DNA of 64,000 nucleotides from an uncultured Gemmatimonadales bacterium. Its GTDB lineage: Bacteria > Gemmatimonadota > Gemmatimonadetes > Gemmatimonadales > GWC2-71-9. The position numbers were made by a program, and so were the translations under genes. The notes below the pieces were generated by a model. That model saw nothing but the letters and a program-made list of their open reading frames with translations. It searched no databases and had not been told where the DNA came from. The stretch is taken from contig CAVQWA010000056.1 in assembly GCA_963717315.1 (NCBI GenBank), forward strand, positions 5,960-69,959. The letters are read 5' to 3'. Within the stretch, counting starts at the first letter, position 1; every line of letters begins with the position of its first letter. Shown here in pieces: positions 45,490 through 53,026 of this stretch.

Positions 45490-46017
45490 ATGGCCGACCG
45501 CGATCACATCGTCGCCGCGATCCGTGCGAGCGGGAACTTCCAGTCCGAGGTGCGCTACATCGCGCGCGGGGGCTATGTCGTGGCCGATTCACCCCGGCTC
45601 TTCAAGCACCTCGAGAACGGCCTGGTCCGCGTCGTCTTCCCCACCACCGCCACGGAGATGAATGACGGCACCGTCGTGGCGATGGTCTGCCTCTGGGACT
45701 CGAACGAGGGGTACAACATCTACGCGCACACCATCTGCGCCGGCGGCGGGGTGAACATCCTGCTCCGGACGATGGACCACCCGATGCCGCAGGCCCTGCC
45801 CCAGCCGCTGCCCGAGGGGCCCCGCGCCATCCGGAAGTTCGTGGCCTGGAAGGAAGCCTCCTGGGTGAAGTTCCTGAACGACGAGCTCGCGGTCGGCAAC
45901 GCCCGCGCCTCGCGGCTCTGGATCGCGTGCTTCTGGAAGGCGCTGGACCGGATGTTCGGCGGCGGGAACCTGCTGGGCTTCGATCCCGAGGCGGAGATGC
46001 GGGCGGCGGAAGGCTGA
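45490..46017 (+). CDS. hypothetical protein
   Basis: ATG preceded by ggag. Coding-like composition. No family recognised. Opposite strand to the surrounding quinone genes. Confidence 0.65.
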   Translation: MADRDHIVAAIRASGNFQSEVRYIARGGYVVADSPRLFKHLENGLVRVVFPTTATEMNDGTVVAMVCLWDSNEGYNIYAHTICAGGGVNILLRTMDHPMPQALPQPLPEGPRAIRKFVAWKEASWVKFLNDELAVGNARASRLWIACFWKALDRMFGGGNLLGFDPEAEMRAAEG

Positions 46018-46086
46018 GGGGGGAGGGGAGAGGGGAGAGGGGGAGCGGCCCTCTCCCCTCTCCCCTCTCCCCTCTCCCCTCTCCCC
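46016..46086. repeat. G-arm/C-arm (GGGGAGA/TCTCCCC) hairpin between convergent stops
   Basis: 46016..46041 pairs with 46049..46074. Hand count: 25 Watson-Crick pairs plus one G-T, 7-nt loop. The C-arm extends to 46086. Confidence 0.95.
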
Positions 46087-46088
46087 GC

Positions 46089-47879
46089 CTACCACCTCCC
46101 CCGGGCCCGCCGCTCCAGCCGGTCCCCGAAGTACTCCCCCCACCGCCGCTCGACCAGTTTCTGGACCTCGTCCGGGACCGTCACCGGCGGGGGGTAGCCT
46201 TCCTTCCAGGTGGCGTCGATCCCGATCCGGCCGCGGTAGACCGGCCGCGCGCCGACGAACGACCGCTCCTGGAAGATCATGTCGCGCGCCGGGTCGAACC
46301 GGGTGAAGATCCCCCAGATGGTGCTGGTGTCGTCGGCCAGGTCCACGTCCCCGCTCACCGCCACGACGAACCGCACCGGGCCCAGGCCATCCCACTGCAC
46401 CAGCCGCTCCAGCACCTCGCGCGGGTCCTGCTCCACCTCGACCACCAGCCACCCCTCGATCAGCGCGTGCCGCCGGATCCGGCGGTCGAAGGCCGACGGG
46501 TCGTTCACCTCGTCCGGCGGGGGCGCAGTGGTGATCGCCTCGCCGGTGGCGTCGAGCACCAGCTTCGAGCCCACGTGGAGCCGGAACGAGGTGTAGTCGA
46601 GGGTGTCGAGCGGCGCGATCGGCAGGAGCAGCATCCGCTCCTCCGGCTCGAACCGGTGCCACAGCTCGCGAAGCACCGCGCGCAAGCTCCGCACCGGCAC
46701 CTCCTCGCGGACCATCACCGCCACCTTGGTGAGCGAGAGCTGGCCGGTGCCAAGGAGGTTGAACGCGGTCTTGAGGACCTCCCCGGGGTGCCGTTCGCGG
46801 AGCGACACCGCGAGAAGGTTGTGGAACACCGCGTCGTCGAAGGCGAAGAGGTCGGTGATGTTCGGGTTCACCACCTTGATGAGCGGCCCGATGATCTCCC
46901 CCGCCGCGATCCCGACCCACTTGTCCTCCTGCGGCGGCTTCCCCACCACCGCCGCGGGAATGACCGGGAGCCGGCGCCGCGTCACCGCCTTCACGTGGAA
47001 CACCGGGAACAGCTCGGCCTCGGAGTAGTGCCCGAAGTGGTCGCCGAAGGGGCCCTCGAGCCGGCGCTCGTGCGGCGGCACCACGCCCTCGAGGATCATC
47101 TCCGCGTTGGCGGGCACGAGAAGTCTCGTGGCGCGGCCGGGCGCCAGGCGGGTGGCCTTGCCGCGCACGTAGCCGGCGAAGGCCAGCTCGTCGAAGTCCT
47201 CCGGCAGCGGGAAGATGGCGGAGAGCATCGTGACCGGGTCGCCGCCCAGCACCACCGCCGCCTCGAGCGGCTCGTTCCGCCTCTCCGCCTCGAAGTGGTG
47301 CCCCCGTCCCCCCTTCATCGACTGCCAGTGCATCCCGGTGGTGGCGGCATCGAACACCTGCAGCCGGTAGAGCCCGAAGTTCCGCCGCCCCGTGCCGGGC
47401 GCCTCGGTGAGGGTCGGCCCCCAGGTGATGAACGGCCCGCCGTCCCGCGGCCAGGCGTGCAGGTTCGGCATCCGGTCGAGGGCGGGCGCCTCCACGACCT
47501 CCTGCGCCACGCCGCCCGACACCCGGCGCGGCGGCATGTGCCGGGCCCGGAGGAGCTGCGACCGCGCGCCCCAGAACGCCTTGAGCGTGGGCGGGTTGAG
47601 CCGCTGGATCAGCCCGAGCAGCTCCTCGCCGATCGCCTGCGGATGGCGGCCGAGCGCCAGCTCGATCCGGCGATGCGACCCGAACAGGTTGAGCACCGCC
47701 GGGAAGTCGGCGCCCCTCACCCGCTCGAAGAGCAGCGCCGGCCCGTCCTGGCGGATCACCCGCTGGACGATCTCCGCCATCTCGAGGTACGGGTCCACCT
47801 CCGCGGTGACGCGGAGCAGCTCGCCCTCGCGCTCGAGGGCGGCGATGAAGGACTGGAGATCGGCGAACGGGTAGGTCAT
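46089..47879 (-). CDS. ubiD: UbiD-family (prFMN-dependent) decarboxylase
   Basis: ATG 47879 (MTYPFADLQSFIAALEREGELLRV). Full-length UbiD similarity (NLFGS, GPFITWG, GMHWQ.MKGG, and others). Confidence 0.92.
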   Translation of the reverse strand: MTYPFADLQSFIAALEREGELLRVTAEVDPYLEMAEIVQRVIRQDGPALLFERVRGADFPAVLNLFGSHRRIELALGRHPQAIGEELLGLIQRLNPPTLKAFWGARSQLLRARHMPPRRVSGGVAQEVVEAPALDRMPNLHAWPRDGGPFITWGPTLTEAPGTGRRNFGLYRLQVFDAATTGMHWQSMKGGRGHHFEAERRNEPLEAAVVLGGDPVTMLSAIFPLPEDFDELAFAGYVRGKATRLAPGRATRLLVPANAEMILEGVVPPHERRLEGPFGDHFGHYSEAELFPVFHVKAVTRRRLPVIPAAVVGKPPQEDKWVGIAAGEIIGPLIKVVNPNITDLFAFDDAVFHNLLAVSLRERHPGEVLKTAFNLLGTGQLSLTKVAVMVREEVPVRSLRAVLRELWHRFEPEERMLLLPIAPLDTLDYTSFRLHVGSKLVLDATGEAITTAPPPDEVNDPSAFDRRIRRHALIEGWLVVEVEQDPREVLERLVQWDGLGPVRFVVAVSGDVDLADDTSTIWGIFTRFDPARDMIFQERSFVGARPVYRGRIGIDATWKEGYPPPVTVPDEVQKLVERRWGEYFGDRLERRARGRW

Positions 47880-47884
47880 GCGAC

Positions 47885-47996
47885 AGGGGAGAGGGGAGAA
47901 GGGAGAGGGGAGACGGGAGATGGGGGGGAGGGCATCACGCGCTTGCGCCCACGGTGCGCGTGCCGACCTCTCCCCTCTCCCCTCTCCCCTCTCCCC
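47885..47996. repeat. split G-arm (x6) / C-arm (x4) heptamer inverted repeat between ubiE and ubiD
   Basis: aggggagaggggagaagggagaggggagacgggagatggggggg ...37 nt... cctctcccctctcccctctcccctctcccc. The C-arm lies inside the ubiE ORF tail. Confidence 0.9.
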
Positions 47997-48717
47997 GCTC
48001 CGCGACGTGCAGCGCCGTCGCCCCACCGAGCAGGAGCTCGTGCTCCGCGGCCCGGAAGCCGCACTGCCGGAGCAGGTCGTCCAGCGCCGCGGGCTCGGGG
48101 AAGTGACGGGCCGACTCTGGAAGCCAGGAGTAGGCGTCCGTATGTTTCGAGAAGAACCGGCCCACGCGCGGCAGCACGCGCTCGAAGTAGAGATTGTAGA
48201 GCCCGCGAAGCGGCTGGCGCGGGGGATGGCAGGTGTCCAGCAGGACGAGCCGCGCGCCCGGCTTGAGCACCCGCGCCACCTCGCGCAGCCCGGCCTCGAG
48301 GTCCATCAGGTTCCGGAGCCCCCACCCCACCATCGCGCCGTCGAAGGTGGCGTCGGGAAACGGCAGCTGGAGCGCGTCGGCGGTCACCGGCTGCAGTCCC
48401 GGCGCCTTGCCGCGCCCGAGCCGGAGCATCGGCAGGACGAAGTCGGCGGCGGTGATCTTCCCGCGGAACCCGGGCTGACGGGCCAGGGCGGCCGAGAAAT
48501 CGAGCGTGCCGGCGCAGAGGTCGAGGTAGTGACCGTCGGGACGGCGCTCCCATCCGAGCCGCCGCACCGCCACCTTCCGCCAGTGAATGTCCAGGCGGAA
48601 GCTGATGATGCGGTTGAGGCGGTCGTAGCTCGGGGCGATGGCGGTGAACATCCCCCGCACATAGGCCCGCTTCTCCGCTCCGCCCGCAACGGGCAACTGT
48701 CCACCGGAGGCCGACAT
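47935..48717 (-). CDS. ubiE: demethylmenaquinone/ubiquinone C-methyltransferase (UbiE/MenG)
   Basis: FTAIAPSYDRLNRIISF...YLDLCAGT SAM motif...LRNLMD. The final AERGEGRGERGEVGTRTVGASA is repeat-derived. Confidence 0.9.
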   Translation of the reverse strand: MSASGGQLPVAGGAEKRAYVRGMFTAIAPSYDRLNRIISFRLDIHWRKVAVRRLGWERRPDGHYLDLCAGTLDFSAALARQPGFRGKITAADFVLPMLRLGRGKAPGLQPVTADALQLPFPDATFDGAMVGWGLRNLMDLEAGLREVARVLKPGARLVLLDTCHPPRQPLRGLYNLYFERVLPRVGRFFSKHTDAYSWLPESARHFPEPAALDDLLRQCGFRAAEHELLLGGATALHVAERGEGRGERGEVGTRTVGASA

Positions 48718-48770
48718 AGGCGCGGAATGTAGTCCCCGGCGCGGCGCGGCGGCAAGCGAGCTCGGCAGGC

Positions 48771-49376
48771 ATGGCTGATGCCCGTGCCGAGTATCCGGCG
48801 CTTTCCGACCAGGAGATCGTCACCCGCGCCCGCGAGGGGCGCGAGCCGGCGTACCGCGAACTCATCCGCCGGTACGAGCGGCCGGTGTTCTCGCTCATCT
48901 TCCGGATGGTGCGGGACCGCGAGCTCGCCGAGGATCTCACCCAGGAGACGTTCATCAAGGCGCTCAACGCCGTCGAGAGTTACCGCCCCGAGTTCAAGTT
49001 CTCGTCCTGGATCTTCAAGATCGCGAACAACGCCGCGATCGATCACCTGCGCCGCCGCGAGCTCCAGACCCTCTCCCTCGAGGGGGCTCCCAACGCCGTC
49101 ACGCCCGAGGCCATCGAGGCCACGGCACTCCAGCTCCGCGACCGGCTGGAGAGCCCGCTCGACGAGCTCGAGGCCCGCGAACTCGGCGGCCAGATCGAGT
49201 CGGCCATCGCCCGACTCCGTCCCGAGTATCGCAGCTGCATCCTGCTCCGCCACGTGGAGGGCCGGGCGTACGAGGAAATCGCCGAGATCCTGGACCTCCC
49301 CCTCGGCACGGTGAAGACCTACATACACAGGGCCCGCAACGAGTTACGGGCCTCGCTCGCGCATCTCCGCGAGTGA
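48771..49376 (+). CDS. ECF-type RNA polymerase sigma factor
   Basis: Region 2 YRELIRRYERPVFSLIFRMVRDRELAEDLTQETFIKA...FKFSSWIFKIANNAAIDHLRRR. Region 4 LDLPLGTVKTYIHRAR. Confidence 0.92.
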   Translation: MADARAEYPALSDQEIVTRAREGREPAYRELIRRYERPVFSLIFRMVRDRELAEDLTQETFIKALNAVESYRPEFKFSSWIFKIANNAAIDHLRRRELQTLSLEGAPNAVTPEAIEATALQLRDRLESPLDELEARELGGQIESAIARLRPEYRSCILLRHVEGRAYEEIAEILDLPLGTVKTYIHRARNELRASLAHLRE

Positions 49377-49413
49377 AACCTTCGCTCGGGACCGACCGTA
49401 GGAGGCCTCGAAC

Positions 49414-49998
49414 ATGAGCGACGTGCCCCTCACCCACCTGTCTGCCGACGACCTCGACGCCTGGATCGAGGGCCGCCTCGGGTCCGCCCGGGCCGGGCAC
49501 CTCCGCCACTGCGCGGAATGCCGGGACCTGGTCGAGCGCGAGCGTGCCCTGGTGGAACTCCTTGGAGCCCTCCCCCGCCTGGCCCCCGCGGCCGGGCTCG
49601 AGGACCGGGTCATGGCCCGCGTCCGGGTGCCCCAGCCCGCCGCGGCGGCGGTGGCCCACCGCCCCGCCGTCGCGCCGTCCCGCCGTCGCACCGCCGGGGC
49701 GGCGGTGCTTCTCGGCATGGCCGCGAGCATCGCGTGGAGCCTCGGCAACCGCGCGCTGCTGGACAGCTGGGGCACCTGGCTCCTGGGCGAGTCCAGCCAG
49801 CTCCTCTGGGTGAGCGTGCAGGCCGTCGCGTCGAACCTCCTCGAACAGCCCTGGTCCCGGGAAGTCCGGAGCTTCATTGCCGCTCCGGGCCGGCTCCTGC
49901 CGGTCCTGGGCGCGGCCTCCCTGGTCTACGCAAGCGGCCTCCTGGCGCTCCGGCGCCTGATGGCGCTGCCGACCGCCGGGGTGGCCCATGCGCGCTAG
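49414..49998 (+). CDS. anti-sigma factor (zf-HC2 type, membrane-anchored)
   Basis: AGGAGG RBS. HLRHCAECRDLV zinc motif. Later hydrophobic segments. Confidence 0.8.
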   Translation: MSDVPLTHLSADDLDAWIEGRLGSARAGHLRHCAECRDLVERERALVELLGALPRLAPAAGLEDRVMARVRVPQPAAAAVAHRPAVAPSRRRTAGAAVLLGMAASIAWSLGNRALLDSWGTWLLGESSQLLWVSVQAVASNLLEQPWSREVRSFIAAPGRLLPVLGAASLVYASGLLALRRLMALPTAGVAHAR

Positions 49999-51544
49999 CC
50001 ACCTCACCTCGGTCATCCTCGCCATCGTCGCGCTCGCCGGTCAGGCGGGCGTTGCGGCGGGGTCGCCCGATCCCCTGCGCGAAGCGGTGAACGCGGTGCG
50101 CGACCGGATCGAGGGCCGGCGCACCGCGACGGCCGCCCGGCACTTCGTCTCGCTCGAGCCGGGACTGGCGGCACTCCTCCTCGAGTTCCGCGACGCTCCC
50201 GCCCTCGAGGTGGCCCTCGAATCCGGCCACGTCTGGGTGGACGGGCGGGACGTCGGGACGTACGAGCCGAGCGGCGGGCTCGAGGCGAGCTGGCGCGGCT
50301 TCCTCTCCGAGGCCAATCATCTCGACGTGGTGGAGACGGTCCGCCGGCTGCACCGGTGGGAACCGACCGACGAGCGGGACGGGGGAGCGGTCCGCGCGGT
50401 CCGGCGCCGGGCCCAGGCGGTCCAGGCCCCGGCCGCCCCCCCGCCGGAGCCGACCCCCGTGCCCACGGCCCAGCCCGGCGGGCCCACGATCGACCTCTCC
50501 ACCCTCTCCGACCGACTCGCCCTCGAGGACCGGCTCCGCGCCCTGCTGCGTGACGCGCCGGCCGGCGAGCTCCGCCTCACGGTGACCGGCGGGGAGGCCC
50601 GGCTGGGCGACTTCTCGGTCGGCTCCACCGAGGTCCACCAGGGCCACCTCCTGGTGCTCCGGGGCACCGCCGACATCTACGGCCGGATGGTCGGCAACCT
50701 CGTCACCGTGGATGGCGACGTGGTGCTCCACCGCGGGGCCGTGGTCGAGGGCGACGTGCTCGCGATCGGCGGGCGGGTGCGGGACGGCGGCGGGACCGTG
50801 AGCGGGGAGATCGCCAGCCTCGCCGCGGCCGCCGCGCCGGCGGCCGCGGTGGCTCCCGCCGAGGCGGGCGTGGCGGCTCGGACGTTCTTCCGCCTGGTCG
50901 GCCTGGCGGGCGTCTTCCTCACCCTGGCCATCCTCGGCTTCGCCCTCGTCCTCTTCGGCCGTCCCCAGCTCGAAACCGTCTCCGACACCGTCAACCACTC
51001 CTTTGGCCGCGCCTTCGTGACCGGCCTGGTGGCGCAGGCGATGGTCGTCCCGACGTTCGGGATGCTGGTGGTGGGGCTCGCGCTCAGCATCGTGGGGGTG
51101 CTCCTGATCCCCTTCGTGGTGGTCGCCTATGCGCTCCTCGTGGTGGTGGGCCTGCTGGGCGGGCTGCTGGCGGTGGCGCACGCGATGGGGGAGACGTACA
51201 CGCGGCGGCGGATGGCCGCCGGCGCCGACATCGGCTCGCCGAACAGCTACCGCTACCTTCTCGTCGGGCTCGCGGGCGCCTGCGCGGTGTGGGCCACGTG
51301 GGTGGCGGTCGGATGGGTGCCGGTGGCGGGCGACCTCGTCCGCGCCGCGGCGATCCTCTGCACCTGGCTCCTCGGCACCGCCGGCTTCGGCGCGATGCTG
51401 CTCTCCCGTGCGGGGCTCCGGGAGAACTTCGCCGGCCGGATCATCCCGGCCGAGGCGCTCACCGACGAGTACCTCTGGGCCACGCCGCAGTTCGGCGTCC
51501 CGGCGGTGAAGCGGCCGGTGCCGCGCCGGACGCGCGACGAATGA
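49988..51544 (+). CDS. membrane protein with bactofilin-like beta-helical segment
   Basis: Signal/anchor MRASHLTSVILAIVALAGQAGVAAG. Repetitive GDVVLHRGAVVEGDVLAIGGRVRDGGGTVSGEI. C-terminal multi-TM region. Confidence 0.7.
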   Translation: MRASHLTSVILAIVALAGQAGVAAGSPDPLREAVNAVRDRIEGRRTATAARHFVSLEPGLAALLLEFRDAPALEVALESGHVWVDGRDVGTYEPSGGLEASWRGFLSEANHLDVVETVRRLHRWEPTDERDGGAVRAVRRRAQAVQAPAAPPPEPTPVPTAQPGGPTIDLSTLSDRLALEDRLRALLRDAPAGELRLTVTGGEARLGDFSVGSTEVHQGHLLVLRGTADIYGRMVGNLVTVDGDVVLHRGAVVEGDVLAIGGRVRDGGGTVSGEIASLAAAAAPAAAVAPAEAGVAARTFFRLVGLAGVFLTLAILGFALVLFGRPQLETVSDTVNHSFGRAFVTGLVAQAMVVPTFGMLVVGLALSIVGVLLIPFVVVAYALLVVVGLLGGLLAVAHAMGETYTRRRMAAGADIGSPNSYRYLLVGLAGACAVWATWVAVGWVPVAGDLVRAAAILCTWLLGTAGFGAMLLSRAGLRENFAGRIIPAEALTDEYLWATPQFGVPAVKRPVPRRTRDE

Positions 51545-51607
51545 GGCTCCCCGCGCTGGCCGCCCTCGCCCTGGCGCTGGTCTGCGCCGGCAGCGGGGGC
51601 GCAGACG

Positions 51608-52387
51608 ATGCGCTCGATGACCGTGGCCCGCCAGCAGCACGGCGAGACCCGGCTCCGCGCCGCCATCGGGTTCGGCGCCGGCGACGTCTCGATCCAGCCC
51701 GCCCCGGAGGGCACCCTCTACGCCGCGGACCTCACCTGGGACGCGGAGCGCTTCGCGCCCCGCACCCGCTACGATGCCGCCGCGGCGCACCTCTCCATCG
51801 CGCTCGAGCCCATCGGCGGCGGGGGGGTGCGCGTCGCCTCCACCCGCCACCTGGCGCAGCGGGCCGTGATCACGCTCTCCCCGACCGCCGAGCTCGACCT
51901 CGACGCCACGCTCGGCGCGGCGGACGCCACCCTCGAGCTGGGCGGGCTCCGCCTGGCGGAGCTCCGGGTCCGCACCGACGCGACGCGCGCCACGGTCCGG
52001 TTCAGCCGCCCGAATCCCGGGGCGTGCAGCCGGGCCGATTTCCGGGGCGGCGCCGCCGAGCTGGAGATTTCGCACCTGGGCGACGCCGGCTGCCGGGTGG
52101 TGCAGGTCGAGGGCGGCGTGGGCACCGTCACGCTCGACCTCGGCGGGGCGTGGCCCGCGGAGGCGAAGCTGGATGTCTCCGTCACCCTCGGCAGCGTCCG
52201 CCTCCGGGTGCCGCGGGACCTCGGCGTCAGGCTCACCCTGGAGCGATTCGTCGCGAGCTTCCAGCCCGCGGGGTTCGTCCAGGAGGGTGGCGCCTGGGTC
52301 ACCGAAGGCTACGCCTCGGCGGCCCGAAAGCTCGAGCTCCGCGTGGCCGCCACCGTCGGCGGCGTGCAGGTGGAGCGGGTGGAGTAG
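51608..52387 (+). CDS. toastrack/DUF2154-like beta-rich protein (possible frameshift from ATG 51541)
   Basis: Repeating LELGG..., VEGGVGTVTLDLGG, VTLGSVRLRVPRDLGV pattern. A signal peptide MRLPALAALALALVCAGSGGA is encoded from ATG 51541 in another frame and overlaps the upstream stop (ATGA). Confidence 0.7.
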   Translation: MRSMTVARQQHGETRLRAAIGFGAGDVSIQPAPEGTLYAADLTWDAERFAPRTRYDAAAAHLSIALEPIGGGGVRVASTRHLAQRAVITLSPTAELDLDATLGAADATLELGGLRLAELRVRTDATRATVRFSRPNPGACSRADFRGGAAELEISHLGDAGCRVVQVEGGVGTVTLDLGGAWPAEAKLDVSVTLGSVRLRVPRDLGVRLTLERFVASFQPAGFVQEGGAWVTEGYASAARKLELRVAATVGGVQVERVE

Positions 52388-52477
52388 TCGCGAGTCACGA
52401 GTCGCGAGACGCGAGTCGCGAGTCGCGAGACGCGAGTCACGAGTCGCGAGTCGCGAGTCGCGAGTCGCGAGTCACAC
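52387..52477. repeat. (GTCGCGA)n heptamer array, 12 units plus 1 degenerate
   Basis: Units gtcgcga/gtcacga/gacgcga, in phase from the last base of the stop codon at 52387. Confidence 0.95.
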
Positions 52478-52523
52478 CTCCCGCTCCCCGTTCCCCGTTC
52501 CCCGTCCGTGTTCCCCGTTCCCT
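52478..52523. repeat. (TCCCCGT)n heptamer array, about 6 units, contiguous with the previous array
   Basis: ctcccgc tccccgt tccccgt tccccgt ccgtgt tccccgt tccctcg. Confidence 0.9.
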
Positions 52524-52590
52524 CGCGGACACCTTCATCCGCGAGATGACCGCGGTGACCCGCGCGCCGGACGGGACTTCGTGACGGCAG

Positions 52591-52620
52591 GGCGGGGCCG
52601 CTCAGGTGGGCGGCCCCGCC
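52591..52620 (-). terminator. GC hairpin
   Basis: ggcggggccgc-tcaggtgg-gcggccccgcc (11-bp perfect stem). Confidence 0.4.
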
Positions 52621-52725
52621 TTCGCCTTCCCCGCCGCCGCTCCCCGCGCGCCGGCACCACCGCCCCGGCGTCGCGCACCGCAGCCGCCTCGATCGCGGCC
52701 ACTTCCGTGGCCTCCATCCGGCAGT

Positions 52726-52759
52726 CCCCTCCCCCTTCTCCCCTCTCCCCTCTCCCCTC
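52726..52759. repeat. (CCCCTCT)-type heptamer array, about 4.5 units
   Basis: cccctcccccttctcccctctcccctctcccctc. Confidence 0.88.
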
Positions 52760-53026
52760 GAGCGCCGCCCCCAGCAGCTCATCCAGGACCTGGCCGTCGT
52801 TCCCCTCCAACTCCTCCTTCCACCCCGGCCGGAACCGGTCGAGCAGGAACGCGATCGCCGGCCCCACGGCGTAGAAGCGGTCGCGCACGCCGGTTGCGGG
52901 CCACTCCGCCTCGGGGATCGTCACCGTGGTGCCGCCCGGGGCCCGGAGCTGGATGTAGGTGGCGAGCCCCTCGTTCAGCTCGCTCGCGCGCTCGGGGCGA
53001 CCGCGGCAGCCGCAAGCCGGCGCATC

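Larger units (their letters stand above)
52535..53026 (-). pseudogene. probable remnant of a metallopeptidase-like gene
   Basis: In-frame sequence directly after the decarboxylase TGA: ...ERASELNEGLATYIQLRAPGGTTVTIPEAEWPATGVRDRFYAVGPAIAFLLDRFRPGWKEELEGNDGQVLDELL. No N-terminal catalytic part. The tail runs through a heptamer array and a GC hairpin. Confidence 0.3.
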
